DNA from: Paramoeba atlantica
Taxonomy: Eukaryota; Protista; Discosea
Assembly (NCBI GenBank): GCA_977017575.1
Contig: CDRNVI010000096.1
Location: 1 to 37,264 of the forward strand
DNA: 37,264 bases
Direction of reading: 5' to 3'
Shown: positions 1 to 8,156 of the stretch, one piece after another
Numbering within the stretch: position 1 is the stretch's first letter
Layout of the letters: every line of letters begins with the position of its first letter
Made by a program: the position numbers and the translations under genes
Notes under the pieces: generated by a model
What the model was told of the DNA's origin: nothing
The model's input: the letters and a program-made list of their open reading frames with translations, nothing else
Database searches by the model: none

Positions 1-532
1 TTATAAAAAAAATATAAATAGTAATTGTATGTGTGCAAAGTTAAATCTCATAATGGGAACGAATATAACGACAAAGCTGATGTTCTTGGCTCTTTCGGCG
101 TCACGAAGGCCGTTAAAATCACAAGAGGCAAAGAGGTTGAAGACGACAAAAGCTCCTTCTTCTTCTTCTTCTTGACCCAATATCCTCGCCAGAAGCGACA
201 CTCATATTGCGCCCAAGAAGGAATGTTGACACTATTTCATCCAAACGCAAGAATAACACTACTGCAAGTGGGGCTCTATCCAAAAAGGGTAGCTCACTGT
301 CTAGGTGAGAGCCTGGAGTGAAACCGTCTGAAAAAAACGAATGCTATGATCCTGAGTAGTAGCCTGGATGTCGGTAAAGAAAAAAGTTGCAAGGGAAATA
401 GGGAGTCTGATAATGATCGTGGAAACAAAGGGAAAGAAGTCTCCCAAGAGAAAGAAGGCTTCACGAAAATTAGAACAGTAGTATCTTTAATCGGTTTTTA
501 ACCGATCTATTAGGATAGGATAGGATAGGAGG
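1..532 (+). mobile_element. 3' part of the non-LTR retrotransposon insertion (copy 0, cut by window start, many indels)
   Basis: Matches the end of the RNase H, basic tail, 3' UTR hairpin and (TAGGA)4 of the full copies from about nt 21; followed by ATTGTAATAGTGT at 533-545. The frame is broken by small insertions. Confidence 0.9.
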
Positions 533-1175
533 ATTGTAATAGTGTGGTGGAAAAAAACGTCGGTTTCACACGAAACTCGCATCCACCGTGCGACCCCATT
601 CCGTGGAGGAACGATCTTTGTTTTCTTCGATCGCACTTGATTCCGTTAGATGCACAGAGCGTGATTTCACGTGAATCGAACAATTCCGCGAGATGTTTTA
701 CTTGGGGCAAAGCAGGGCAGCACATGAACAATGAAAACAGGACGCGCAATGGCGCGGAATACACACCTTCCACGTGACACCTTTCCGAAACGCGTTCTGC
801 ACAATCCAGGTATAAAACAACGAATTTCTTCGCCCGGCCGTTGCAAAGACCCACCCCTTACCGATAGATTTCGTAGCTCTGCTCTAAACGTGAACGCATC
901 GTGCTCAACCTCTCTTCCGACTATGTCATCGCAAAATTGTATGTGTCACTTCTGGGCCGTTCGCATGGGCATGTGTTGGGCACACTTCAAGACCCACCCA
1001 TTTCATTCATCAATGCGACCTTACGGTTGTGAATGTCGCCTTGCTTGGGGGGGGGGGGGGCTGTAAGGATCGTTAAGCGAGCGAAATCGGGGAGTTTCCA
1101 TTATGACATGAATTAGCAAGGTAAAGTGCACACCGCTATGGACACACAAAATTCGAGACACACCACGACGTTGAA

Positions 1176-1258
1176 GCGTCCATACCCAAGTGGTTAAGGG
1201 GCCTTGACTTGAAATCAGGTGTGTTCTCACGCGGCAGGTTCGAACCCTGCTGGGCGCG
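1176..1258 (+). tRNA. trnS(UGA): tRNA-Ser(UGA), copy 1 (two extra bases, probably consensus errors)
   Basis: Same gene as the other copies but with an extra T in the anticodon stem (CCTTGA) and an extra G before the T stem; lies in the indel-rich first 1.3 kb. Confidence 0.75.
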
Positions 1259-2040
1259 TTTTTGCGATTCTCTTCGTTCACAATCGTGTGGCCGCTTTTG
1301 GGCGCGCGCGAGAGACGCAACGTGAATCGCAGAAGCAATGGTACATTTTAGGGTATTTTCTTTGCTGAAATGAAGTCTTTTTGGCCTGTGTAGCAGATGA
1401 CGTTTGGCGGCAGAGACGGTGAATGGGTAGATGGCCGTGCGCGTGTCAAATGTAAAAGCCCGAAAAGTGTACCGCTTTTTAGCGCATCATATCTTAAAAT
1501 TCAAAATGACGTCAGATTTACCTCTTTCCGCCTGCACGGTGAAGGGGGGTTTTCAGATATCTCTGGACGCGACGTTTGCATGACTTCCGTGCATGGCGTG
1601 CGTCGATTGCGAAACGCCGAACCAGCAAGCTACACCTCCTGAGTGGTCGTGCTTCGCGCGATATTTTCTGTAGAGATAGAGTTTTTCCGTTAGTCAGTAT
1701 GATTGCGAAACAAAACGTGGGTTTCGCCAGTCCACTTTTTGTCCGTTCTTCCCTGAATCAAATCTTAAACAATTTTAACCCTTTCTAATTGATGAGCGTT
1801 CTGATCGCTCGTGCTTTGCTCTGATATTTGCTTTGGGCACTCTTTTCACATGATTTCACTGATACTATAAGACTTCCCCTCTTCTAACGCAAGAATTTGT
1901 TGTCATCGGACATTCTTTTAGTCAAATCAATGCTTGATTGCACAAGCTTCCTGCATCTCAAGGGGGGGGGTTGTATTTCTCTACACCTCTTTCACTTTTC
2001 ACCTGCTCTTCCAAGCAACAGGGTCACAGGGCGCGCGCGT

Positions 2041-2053
2041 ATTGTAATAGTGT
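2041..2053 (+). repeat. Target-site duplication ATTGTAATAGTGT (5' copy; 3' copy at 3602-3614)
   Basis: Empty site: GCGCGCGT-ATTGTAATAGTGT-GGTGGAAAAA (17300, 21840, 26384, 27876, 29368, 30860, 32352, 33844, 35336, 36828). Filled site: the same 13-mer on both sides of the insert. Confidence 0.95.
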
Positions 2054-3550
2054 CTTGTTGACTCTTACCGCTATCTGGGAAACATTCAGGATTCAGGCGT
2101 TTCTTCGCCAGTAAAAGACCGCTTAAGGCTCACCTGGGCCGCATTTCGGAAGCTCAAGGGCATTTGGGACTCGCCACTGAGTGCATCAACAAAACTGCGT
2201 TTGTTTGATTGCCTCGTTTACCCAATCATGACCTTTGGTGCCGCTTCGCTTTCCATATCCAACAAAATGCTTCGGCAAACAGAAGTTGAGCTCAATATGA
2301 TGCGAAGATTTTGCTGTAATTGTGCTAAATTGGACGAGTTTGGACACTGCTACCCTATCGAGTCACTTTATTGCGGCACTCCTCGTTTCTCCACCGTACA
2401 TCGCGTTAGTCGGGCTAAAATTGTTGGTCACATTCTAAGGCACTCATTCATGTTTCGAGATCTTATCCAGTGGAAATGCAGCGATAGGAAACGAAATCTC
2501 TCACCAAGCGAAGCTTGCTTTCACGATCTGGACATTACCGAAGAACAAGCCCTCGTATACGCTCAGGATCGAGATCACTGGAAAAAGTTATGTGAAGATT
2601 TAAAGGTAGCACTCGAACCGCTTCCGGATTACGAAAGACTCTCTTCTCCTAGATGGAAAAGTAAACATGCCCACGCCTTGAAGCAAGATACGCCTTACGA
2701 TTTGCAATTTGTCGAAGAAAGTTCTGATCCTTTTCCATTAAAAGATGATGAGGTTCACTTCTATATTGATGGTTCAGTCCGTGCCTTGCGGGTGACAAAC
2801 GAGATCAGAGCAGGTGCTGGAATTGTTGTGCTTCAACGATGGACAACCGATAAATGTTTTTCCTTAACATTAGATGTTGATAGTGCCGAGCAAGCTGAGG
2901 CTGAATCTTTTCGAGAGGCGCTTAAAAGAATACCGGACGGAGCAAAAGATATCGTAGTACACACAGATTCGTTCTATGTGTGGAACTTCTTTCATCACGT
3001 TCGCATCCGGAGACGGGTAATAGGGTATGACCGCGTCGTCAACAGAAACATTCTACAAGATATAGATCATCAGGTGCGGAAACTAAAATCTCAGAATGTT
3101 AATTTGTATGTGTGCAAAGTTAAATCTCATAATGGGAACGAATATAACGACAAAGCTGATGTCTTGGCTCTTTCGGCGTCACGAAGGCCGTTAAAATCAC
3201 AAGAGGCAAAGAGGTTGAAGACGACAAAAGCTCCTTCTTCTTCTTCTTCTGACCCAATATCCTCGCCAGAAGCGACACTCATATTGCGCCCAAGAAGGAA
3301 TGTTGACACTATTTCATCCAAACGCAAGAATAACACTACTGCAAGTGGGGCTCTATCCAAAAAGGGTAGCTCACTGTCTGGAGAGCCTGGAGTGAAACCG
3401 TCTGAAAAAACGAATGCTATGATCCTGAGTAGGCCTGATGTCGGTAAAGAAAAAAGTTGCAAGGGAAATAGGGAGTCTGATAAGATCGTGGAAACAAAGG
3501 GAAAGAAGTCTCCCAAGAGAAAGAAGGCTTCACGAAAATTAGAACAGTAG
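2054..3550 (+). CDS. Truncated pol-like ORF: RT C-terminal motif and thumb, RNase H, basic tail (498 codons open; first ATG at 2228)
   Basis: Hand translation upstream of the 2201 ORF call gives LVDSYRYLGNIQDSGVSSPVKDRLRLTWAAFRKLKGIWDSPLSASTKLRLFDCLVYPIMTFG (non-LTR RT YLG motif and thumb), then GHILR and AQDRDHW. RNase H motifs: YIDGS (D at 2768), QAE (E 2897), HTDS (D 2966), KSH (H 3128), NDKAD (D 3158). Confidence 0.88.
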   Translation, partial: LVDSYRYLGNIQDSGVSSPVKDRLRLTWAAFRKLKGIWDSPLSASTKLRLFDCLVYPIMTFGAASLSISNKMLRQTEVELNMMRRFCCNCAKLDEFGHCYPIESLYCGTPRFSTVHRVSRAKIVGHILRHSFMFRDLIQWKCSDRKRNLSPSEACFHDLDITEEQALVYAQDRDHWKKLCEDLKVALEPLPDYERLSSPRWKSKHAHALKQDTPYDLQFVEESSDPFPLKDDEVHFYIDGSVRALRVTNEIRAGAGIVVLQRWTTDKCFSLTLDVDSAEQAEAESFREALKRIPDGAKDIVVHTDSFYVWNFFHHVRIRRRVIGYDRVVNRNILQDIDHQVRKLKSQNVNLYVCKVKSHNGNEYNDKADVLALSASRRPLKSQEAKRLKTTKAPSSSSSDPISSPEATLILRPRRNVDTISSKRKNNTTASGALSKKGSSLSGEPGVKPSEKTNAMILSRPDVGKEKSCKGNRESDKIVETKGKKSPKRKKASRKLEQ

Positions 3551-3558
3551 TATCTTTA

Positions 3559-3599
3559 ATCGGTTTTTAACCGATCTATTAGGATAGGATAGGATAGGA
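3559..3599 (+). other. Retroelement 3' end: stem-loop ATCGGTT-TTT-AACCGAT (3559-3575) plus (TAGGA)4 (3580-3599)
   Basis: Perfect 7-bp inverted repeat and four 5-nt repeats read directly; present in every copy (last repeat is CAGGA in copy 6). Confidence 0.85.
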
Positions 3600-4227
3600 G
3601 GATTGTAATAGTGTGGTGGAAAAACGTCGGTTTCACACGAAACTCGCATCCACCGTGCGACCCCATTCCGTGGAGAACGATCTTTGTTTTCTTCGATCGC
3701 ACTGATTCCGTTAGATGCACAGAGCGTGATTTCACGTGAATCGAACAATTCCGCGAGATGTTTTACTTGGGGCAAAGCAGGGCAGCACATGAACAATGAA
3801 AACAGGACGCGCAATGGCGCGGAACACCTTCCACGTGACACCTTCCGAAACGCGTTCTGCACAATCCAGGTATAAAACAACGAATTTCTTCGCCCGGCCG
3901 TTGCAAAGACCCACCCCTTACCGATAGATTTCGTAGCTCTGCTCTAAACGTGAACGCATCGTGCTCAACCTCTCTTCCCGACTATGTCATCGCAAAAATT
4001 GTATGTGTCACTTCTGGGCCGTTCGCATGGGCATGTGTTGGGCACACTCAAACCCCCATTTCATTCATCAATGCGACCTACGGTTGTGAATGTCGCCTTG
4101 CTTGGGGGGGGGGGGGCTGTAAGGATCGTTAAGCGAGCGAAATCGGGGAGTTTCCATTATGACATGAATTAGCAAGGTAAAGTGCACCGCTATGGACACA
4201 CAAAATTCGAGACACACCACGACGGAA

Positions 4228-4308
4228 GCGTCCATACCCAAGTGGTTAAGGGGCCTGACTTGAAATCAGGTGTGTTCTCACGCGCAGGTTCGAACCCTGC
4301 TGGGCGCG
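4228..4308 (+). tRNA. trnS(UGA): tRNA-Ser(UGA), copy 2, fully paired
   Basis: Acceptor GCGTCCA/TGGGCGC plus discriminator G; D arm CCC-AAGTGGTTAA-GGG; anticodon arm CCTGA-CTTGAAA-TCAGG; long variable arm TGTG-TTCT-CACG; T arm GCAGG-TTCGAAC-CCTGC; no encoded CCA. Confidence 0.96.
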
Positions 4309-4313
4309 TTTTT
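4309..4313 (+). terminator. RNA polymerase III terminator (T5); present after every tRNA copy
   Basis: TTTTT immediately follows the discriminator base. Confidence 0.85.
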
Positions 4314-5104
4314 GCGATTCTCTTCGTTCACAATCGTGTGGCCGCTTTTGGGCGCGCGCGAGAGACGCAACGTGAATCGCAGAAGCAATGGTACATTTTA
4401 GGGTATTTTCTTTGCTGAAATGAAGTCTTTTTGGCCTGTGTAGCAGATGACGTTTTGGCGGCAGAGACGGTGAATGGGTAGATGGCCGTGCGCGTGTCAA
4501 ATGTAAAAGCCCGAAAAGTGTACCGCTTTTTAGCGCATCATATCTTAAAATTCAAAATGACGTCAGATTTACCTCTTTCCGCCTGCACGGTGAAGGGGGG
4601 TTTTCAGATATCTCTGGACGCGACGTTTGCATGACTTCCGTGCATGGCGTGCGTCGATTGCGAAACGCCGAACCAGCAAGCTACACCTCCTGAGTGGTCG
4701 TGCTTCGCGCGATATTTTCTGTAGAGATAGAGTTTTTCCGTTAGTCAGTATGATTGCGAAACAAAACGTGGGTTTCGCCAGTCCACTTTTTGTCCGTTCT
4801 TCCCTGAATCAAATCTTAAACAATTTTAACCCTTTCTAATTGATGAGCGTTCTGATCGCTCGTGCTTTGCTCTGATATTTGCTTTGGGCACTCTTTTCAC
4901 ATGATTTCACTGATACTATAAGACTTCCCCTCTTCTAACGCAAGAATTTGTTGTCATCGGACATTCTTTTAGTCAAATCAATGCTTGATTGCACAAGCTT
5001 CCTGCATCTCAAGGGGGGGGGTTGTATTTCTCTACACCTCTTTCACTTTTCACCTGCTCTTCCAAGCAACAGGGTCACAGGGCGCGCGCGTATTGTAATA
5101 GTGT

Positions 5105-6601
5105 CTTGTTGACTCTTACCGCTATCTGGGAAACATTCAGGATTCAGGCGTTTCTTCGCCAGTAAAAGACCGCTTAAGGCTCACCTGGGCCGCATTTCGG
5201 AAGCTCAAGGGCATTTGGGACTCGCCACTGAGTGCATCAACAAAACTGCGTTTGTTTGATTGCCTCGTTTACCCAATCATGACCTTTGGTGCCGCTTCGC
5301 TTTCCATATCCAACAAAATGCTTCGGCAAACAGAAGTTGAGCTCAATATGATGCGAAGATTTTGCTGTAATTGTGCTAAATTGGACGAGTTTGGACACTG
5401 CTACCCTATCGAGTCACTTTATTGCGGCACTCCTCGTTTCTCCACCGTACATCGCGTTAGTCGGGCTAAAATTGTTGGTCACATTCTAAGGCACTCATTC
5501 ATGTTTCGAGATCTTATCCAGTGGAAATGCAGCGATAGGAAACGAAATCTCTCACCAAGCGAAGCTTGCTTTCACGATCTGGACATTACCGAAGAACAAG
5601 CCCTCGTATACGCTCAGGATCGAGATCACTGGAAAAAGTTATGTGAAGATTTAAAGGTAGCACTCGAACCGCTTCCGGATTACGAAAGACTCTCTTCTCC
5701 TAGATGGAAAAGTAAACATGCCCACGCCTTGAAGCAAGATACGCCTTACGATTTGCAATTTGTCGAAGAAAGTTCTGATCCTTTTCCATTAAAAGATGAT
5801 GAGGTTCACTTCTATATTGATGGTTCAGTCCGTGCCTTGCGGGTGACAAACGAGATCAGAGCAGGTGCTGGAATTGTTGTGCTTCAACGATGGACAACCG
5901 ATAAATGTTTTTCCTTAACATTAGATGTTGATAGTGCCGAGCAAGCTGAGGCTGAATCTTTTCGAGAGGCGCTTAAAAGAATACCGGACGGAGCAAAAGA
6001 TATCGTAGTACACACAGATTCGTTCTATGTGTGGAACTTCTTTCATCACGTTCGCATCCGGAGACGGGTAATAGGGTATGACCGCGTCGTCAACAGAAAC
6101 ATTCTACAAGATATAGATCATCAGGTGCGGAAACTAAAATCTCAGAATGTTAATTTGTATGTGTGCAAAGTTAAATCTCATAATGGGAACGAATATAACG
6201 ACAAAGCTGATGTCTTGGCTCTTTCGGCGTCACGAAGGCCGTTAAAATCACAAGAGGCAAAGAGGTTGAAGACGACAAAAGCTCCTTCTTCTTCTTCTTC
6301 TGACCCAATATCCTCGCCAGAAGCGACACTCATATTGCGCCCAAGAAGGAATGTTGACACTATTTCATCCAAACGCAAGAATAACACTACTGCAAGTGGG
6401 GCTCTATCCAAAAAGGGTAGCTCACTGTCTGGAGAGCCTGGAGTGAAACCGTCTGAAAAAACGAATGCTATGATCCTGAGTAGGCCTGATGTCGGTAAAG
6501 AAAAAAGTTGCAAGGGAAATAGGGAGTCTGATAAGATCGTGGAAACAAAGGGAAAGAAGTCTCCCAAGAGAAAGAAGGCTTCACGAAAATTAGAACAGTA
6601 G
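5105..6601 (+). CDS. Truncated RT thumb, RNase H, basic tail ORF, copy 2
   Basis: Translation identical to copy 1 (ORF track 5252-6601; frame open from the insertion start). Confidence 0.88.
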   Translation, partial: LVDSYRYLGNIQDSGVSSPVKDRLRLTWAAFRKLKGIWDSPLSASTKLRLFDCLVYPIMTFGAASLSISNKMLRQTEVELNMMRRFCCNCAKLDEFGHCYPIESLYCGTPRFSTVHRVSRAKIVGHILRHSFMFRDLIQWKCSDRKRNLSPSEACFHDLDITEEQALVYAQDRDHWKKLCEDLKVALEPLPDYERLSSPRWKSKHAHALKQDTPYDLQFVEESSDPFPLKDDEVHFYIDGSVRALRVTNEIRAGAGIVVLQRWTTDKCFSLTLDVDSAEQAEAESFREALKRIPDGAKDIVVHTDSFYVWNFFHHVRIRRRVIGYDRVVNRNILQDIDHQVRKLKSQNVNLYVCKVKSHNGNEYNDKADVLALSASRRPLKSQEAKRLKTTKAPSSSSSDPISSPEATLILRPRRNVDTISSKRKNNTTASGALSKKGSSLSGEPGVKPSEKTNAMILSRPDVGKEKSCKGNRESDKIVETKGKKSPKRKKASRKLEQ

Positions 6602-6652
6602 TATCTTTAATCGGTTTTTAACCGATCTATTAGGATAGGATAGGATAGGAGG
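5105..6652 (+). mobile_element. 5'-truncated non-LTR retrotransposon, copy 2
   Basis: Same ends and TSD as copy 1. Confidence 0.93.
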
Positions 6653-7279
6653 ATTGTAATAGTGTGGTGGAAAAACGTCGGTTTCACACGAAACTCGCAT
6701 CCACCGTGCGACCCCATTCCGTGGAGAACGATCTTTGTTTTCTTCGATCGCACTGATTCCGTTAGATGCACAGAGCGTGATTTCACGTGAATCGAACAAT
6801 TCCGCGAGATGTTTTACTTGGGGCAAAGCAGGGCAGCACATGAACAATGAAAACAGGACGCGCAATGGCGCGGAACACCTTCCACGTGACACCTTCCGAA
6901 ACGCGTTCTGCACAATCCAGGTATAAAACAACGAATTTCTTCGCCCGGCCGTTGCAAAGACCCACCCCTTACCGATAGATTTCGTAGCTCTGCTCTAAAC
7001 GTGAACGCATCGTGCTCAACCTCTCTTCCCGACTATGTCATCGCAAAAATTGTATGTGTCACTTCTGGGCCGTTCGCATGGGCATGTGTTGGGCACACTC
7101 AAACCCCCATTTCATTCATCAATGCGACCTACGGTTGTGAATGTCGCCTTGCTTGGGGGGGGGGGGGGCTGTAAGGATCGTTAAGCGAGCGAAATCGGGG
7201 AGTTTCCATTATGACATGAATTAGCAAGGTAAAGTGCACCGCTATGGACACACAAAATTCGAGACACACCACGACGGAA

Positions 7280-7360
7280 GCGTCCATACCCAAGTGGTTA
7301 AGGGGCCTGACTTGAAATCAGGTGTGTTCTCACGCGCAGGTTCGAACCCTGCTGGGCGCG
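7280..7360 (+). tRNA. trnS(UGA): tRNA-Ser(UGA), copy 3, fully paired
   Basis: Identical to copy 2. Confidence 0.96.
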
Positions 7361-8156
7361 TTTTTGCGATTCTCTTCGTTCACAATCGTGTGGCCGCTTT
7401 TGGGCGCGCGCGAGAGACGCAACGTGAATCGCAGAAGCAATGGTACATTTTAGGGTATTTTCTTTGCTGAAATGAAGTCTTTTTGGCCTGTGTAGCAGAT
7501 GACGTTTTGGCGGCAGAGACGGTGAATGGGTAGATGGCCGTGCGCGTGTCAAATGTAAAAGCCCGAAAAGTGTACCGCTTTTTAGCGCATCATATCTTAA
7601 AATTCAAAATGACGTCAGATTTACCTCTTTCCGCCTGCACGGTGAAGGGGGGTTTTCAGATATCTCTGGACGCGACGTTTGCATGACTTCCGTGCATGGC
7701 GTGCGTCGATTGCGAAACGCCGAACCAGCAAGCTACACCTCCTGAGTGGTCGTGCTTCGCGCGATATTTTCTGTAGAGATAGAGTTTTTCCGTTAGTCAG
7801 TATGATTGCGAAACAAAACGTGGGTTTCGCCAGTCCACTTTTTGTCCGTTCTTCCCTGAATCAAATCTTAAACAATTTTAACCCTTTCTAATTGATGAGC
7901 GTTCTGATCGCTCGTGCTTTGCTCTGATATTTGCTTTGGGCACTCTTTTCACATGATTTCACTGATACTATAAGACTTCCCCTCTTCTAACGCAAGAATT
8001 TGTTGTCATCGGACATTCTTTTAGTCAAATCAATGCTTGATTGCACAAGCTTCCTGCATCTCAAGGGGGGGGGTTGTATTTCTCTACACCTCTTTCACTT
8101 TTCACCTGCTCTTCCAAGCAACAGGGTCACAGGGCGCGCGCGTATTGTAATAGTGT

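Larger units (their letters stand above)
2054..3601 (+). mobile_element. 5'-truncated non-LTR retrotransposon (RTE-like, RNase H-bearing), copy 1, 1,548 bp
   Basis: 13-bp TSD, abrupt 5' start inside RT coding sequence, short 3' UTR ending in tandem (TAGGA)4, no LTRs or TIRs; absent from empty units. Confidence 0.93.

Noticed and set aside
2309-2374. Zinc-binding motif in FCCNCAKLDEFGHCYPIESLYC
   Set aside because: Cys/His spacing fits no knuckle or finger I know, and the segment falls where RTE-like proteins have a variable linker after the MRR motif.
3127-3516. 129-aa minus-strand ORF (MGDFFPF..) repeated in each insertion
   Set aside because: It is the antisense shadow of the Lys/Ser-rich tail; its Phe/Leu/Glu runs mirror the sense codons and it has no recognisable domain.
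2201-3550. Ordinary host RNase H1 gene starting at the TTG at 2201
   Set aside because: The frame is open back to the insertion junction and encodes RT motifs; there is no N-terminal hybrid-binding domain that I can recognise; it is bounded by a TSD. The TTG start is an ORF-caller artefact.
3579-3599. Telomeric repeat seed (TTAGG/TAGGA)
   Set aside because: Only four units, internal, and located exactly at the retroelement 3' end, so it is better explained as the element's tail.
2054-3601. LTR retrotransposon or DNA transposon identity for the insert
   Set aside because: No terminal direct or inverted repeats; a 13-bp TSD, 5' truncation inside RT and a tandem-repeat 3' tail fit a non-LTR element.
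3539-4839. Short spacer ORFs of 60-113 aa (MFYTW.., MFSSI.., MHRYG.., MTRAR.., MHDFR.., MLSSD..)
   Set aside because: No recognisable motifs; several overlap the tRNA or change with poly-G length; they recur only because the DNA is repeated.
5051-5090. Second, degenerate tRNA (CTTCCAA as a Gly anticodon loop) before the insertion site
   Set aside because: The flanks do not form a 5-bp anticodon stem and there is no D arm or TTCRA T-loop.
4309-5091. 5S rRNA, spliced-leader RNA or U1/U2/U4/U5 gene in the spacer
   Set aside because: I found none of their conserved signature sequences on either strand by eye; an Rfam cmscan of one unit would settle it.
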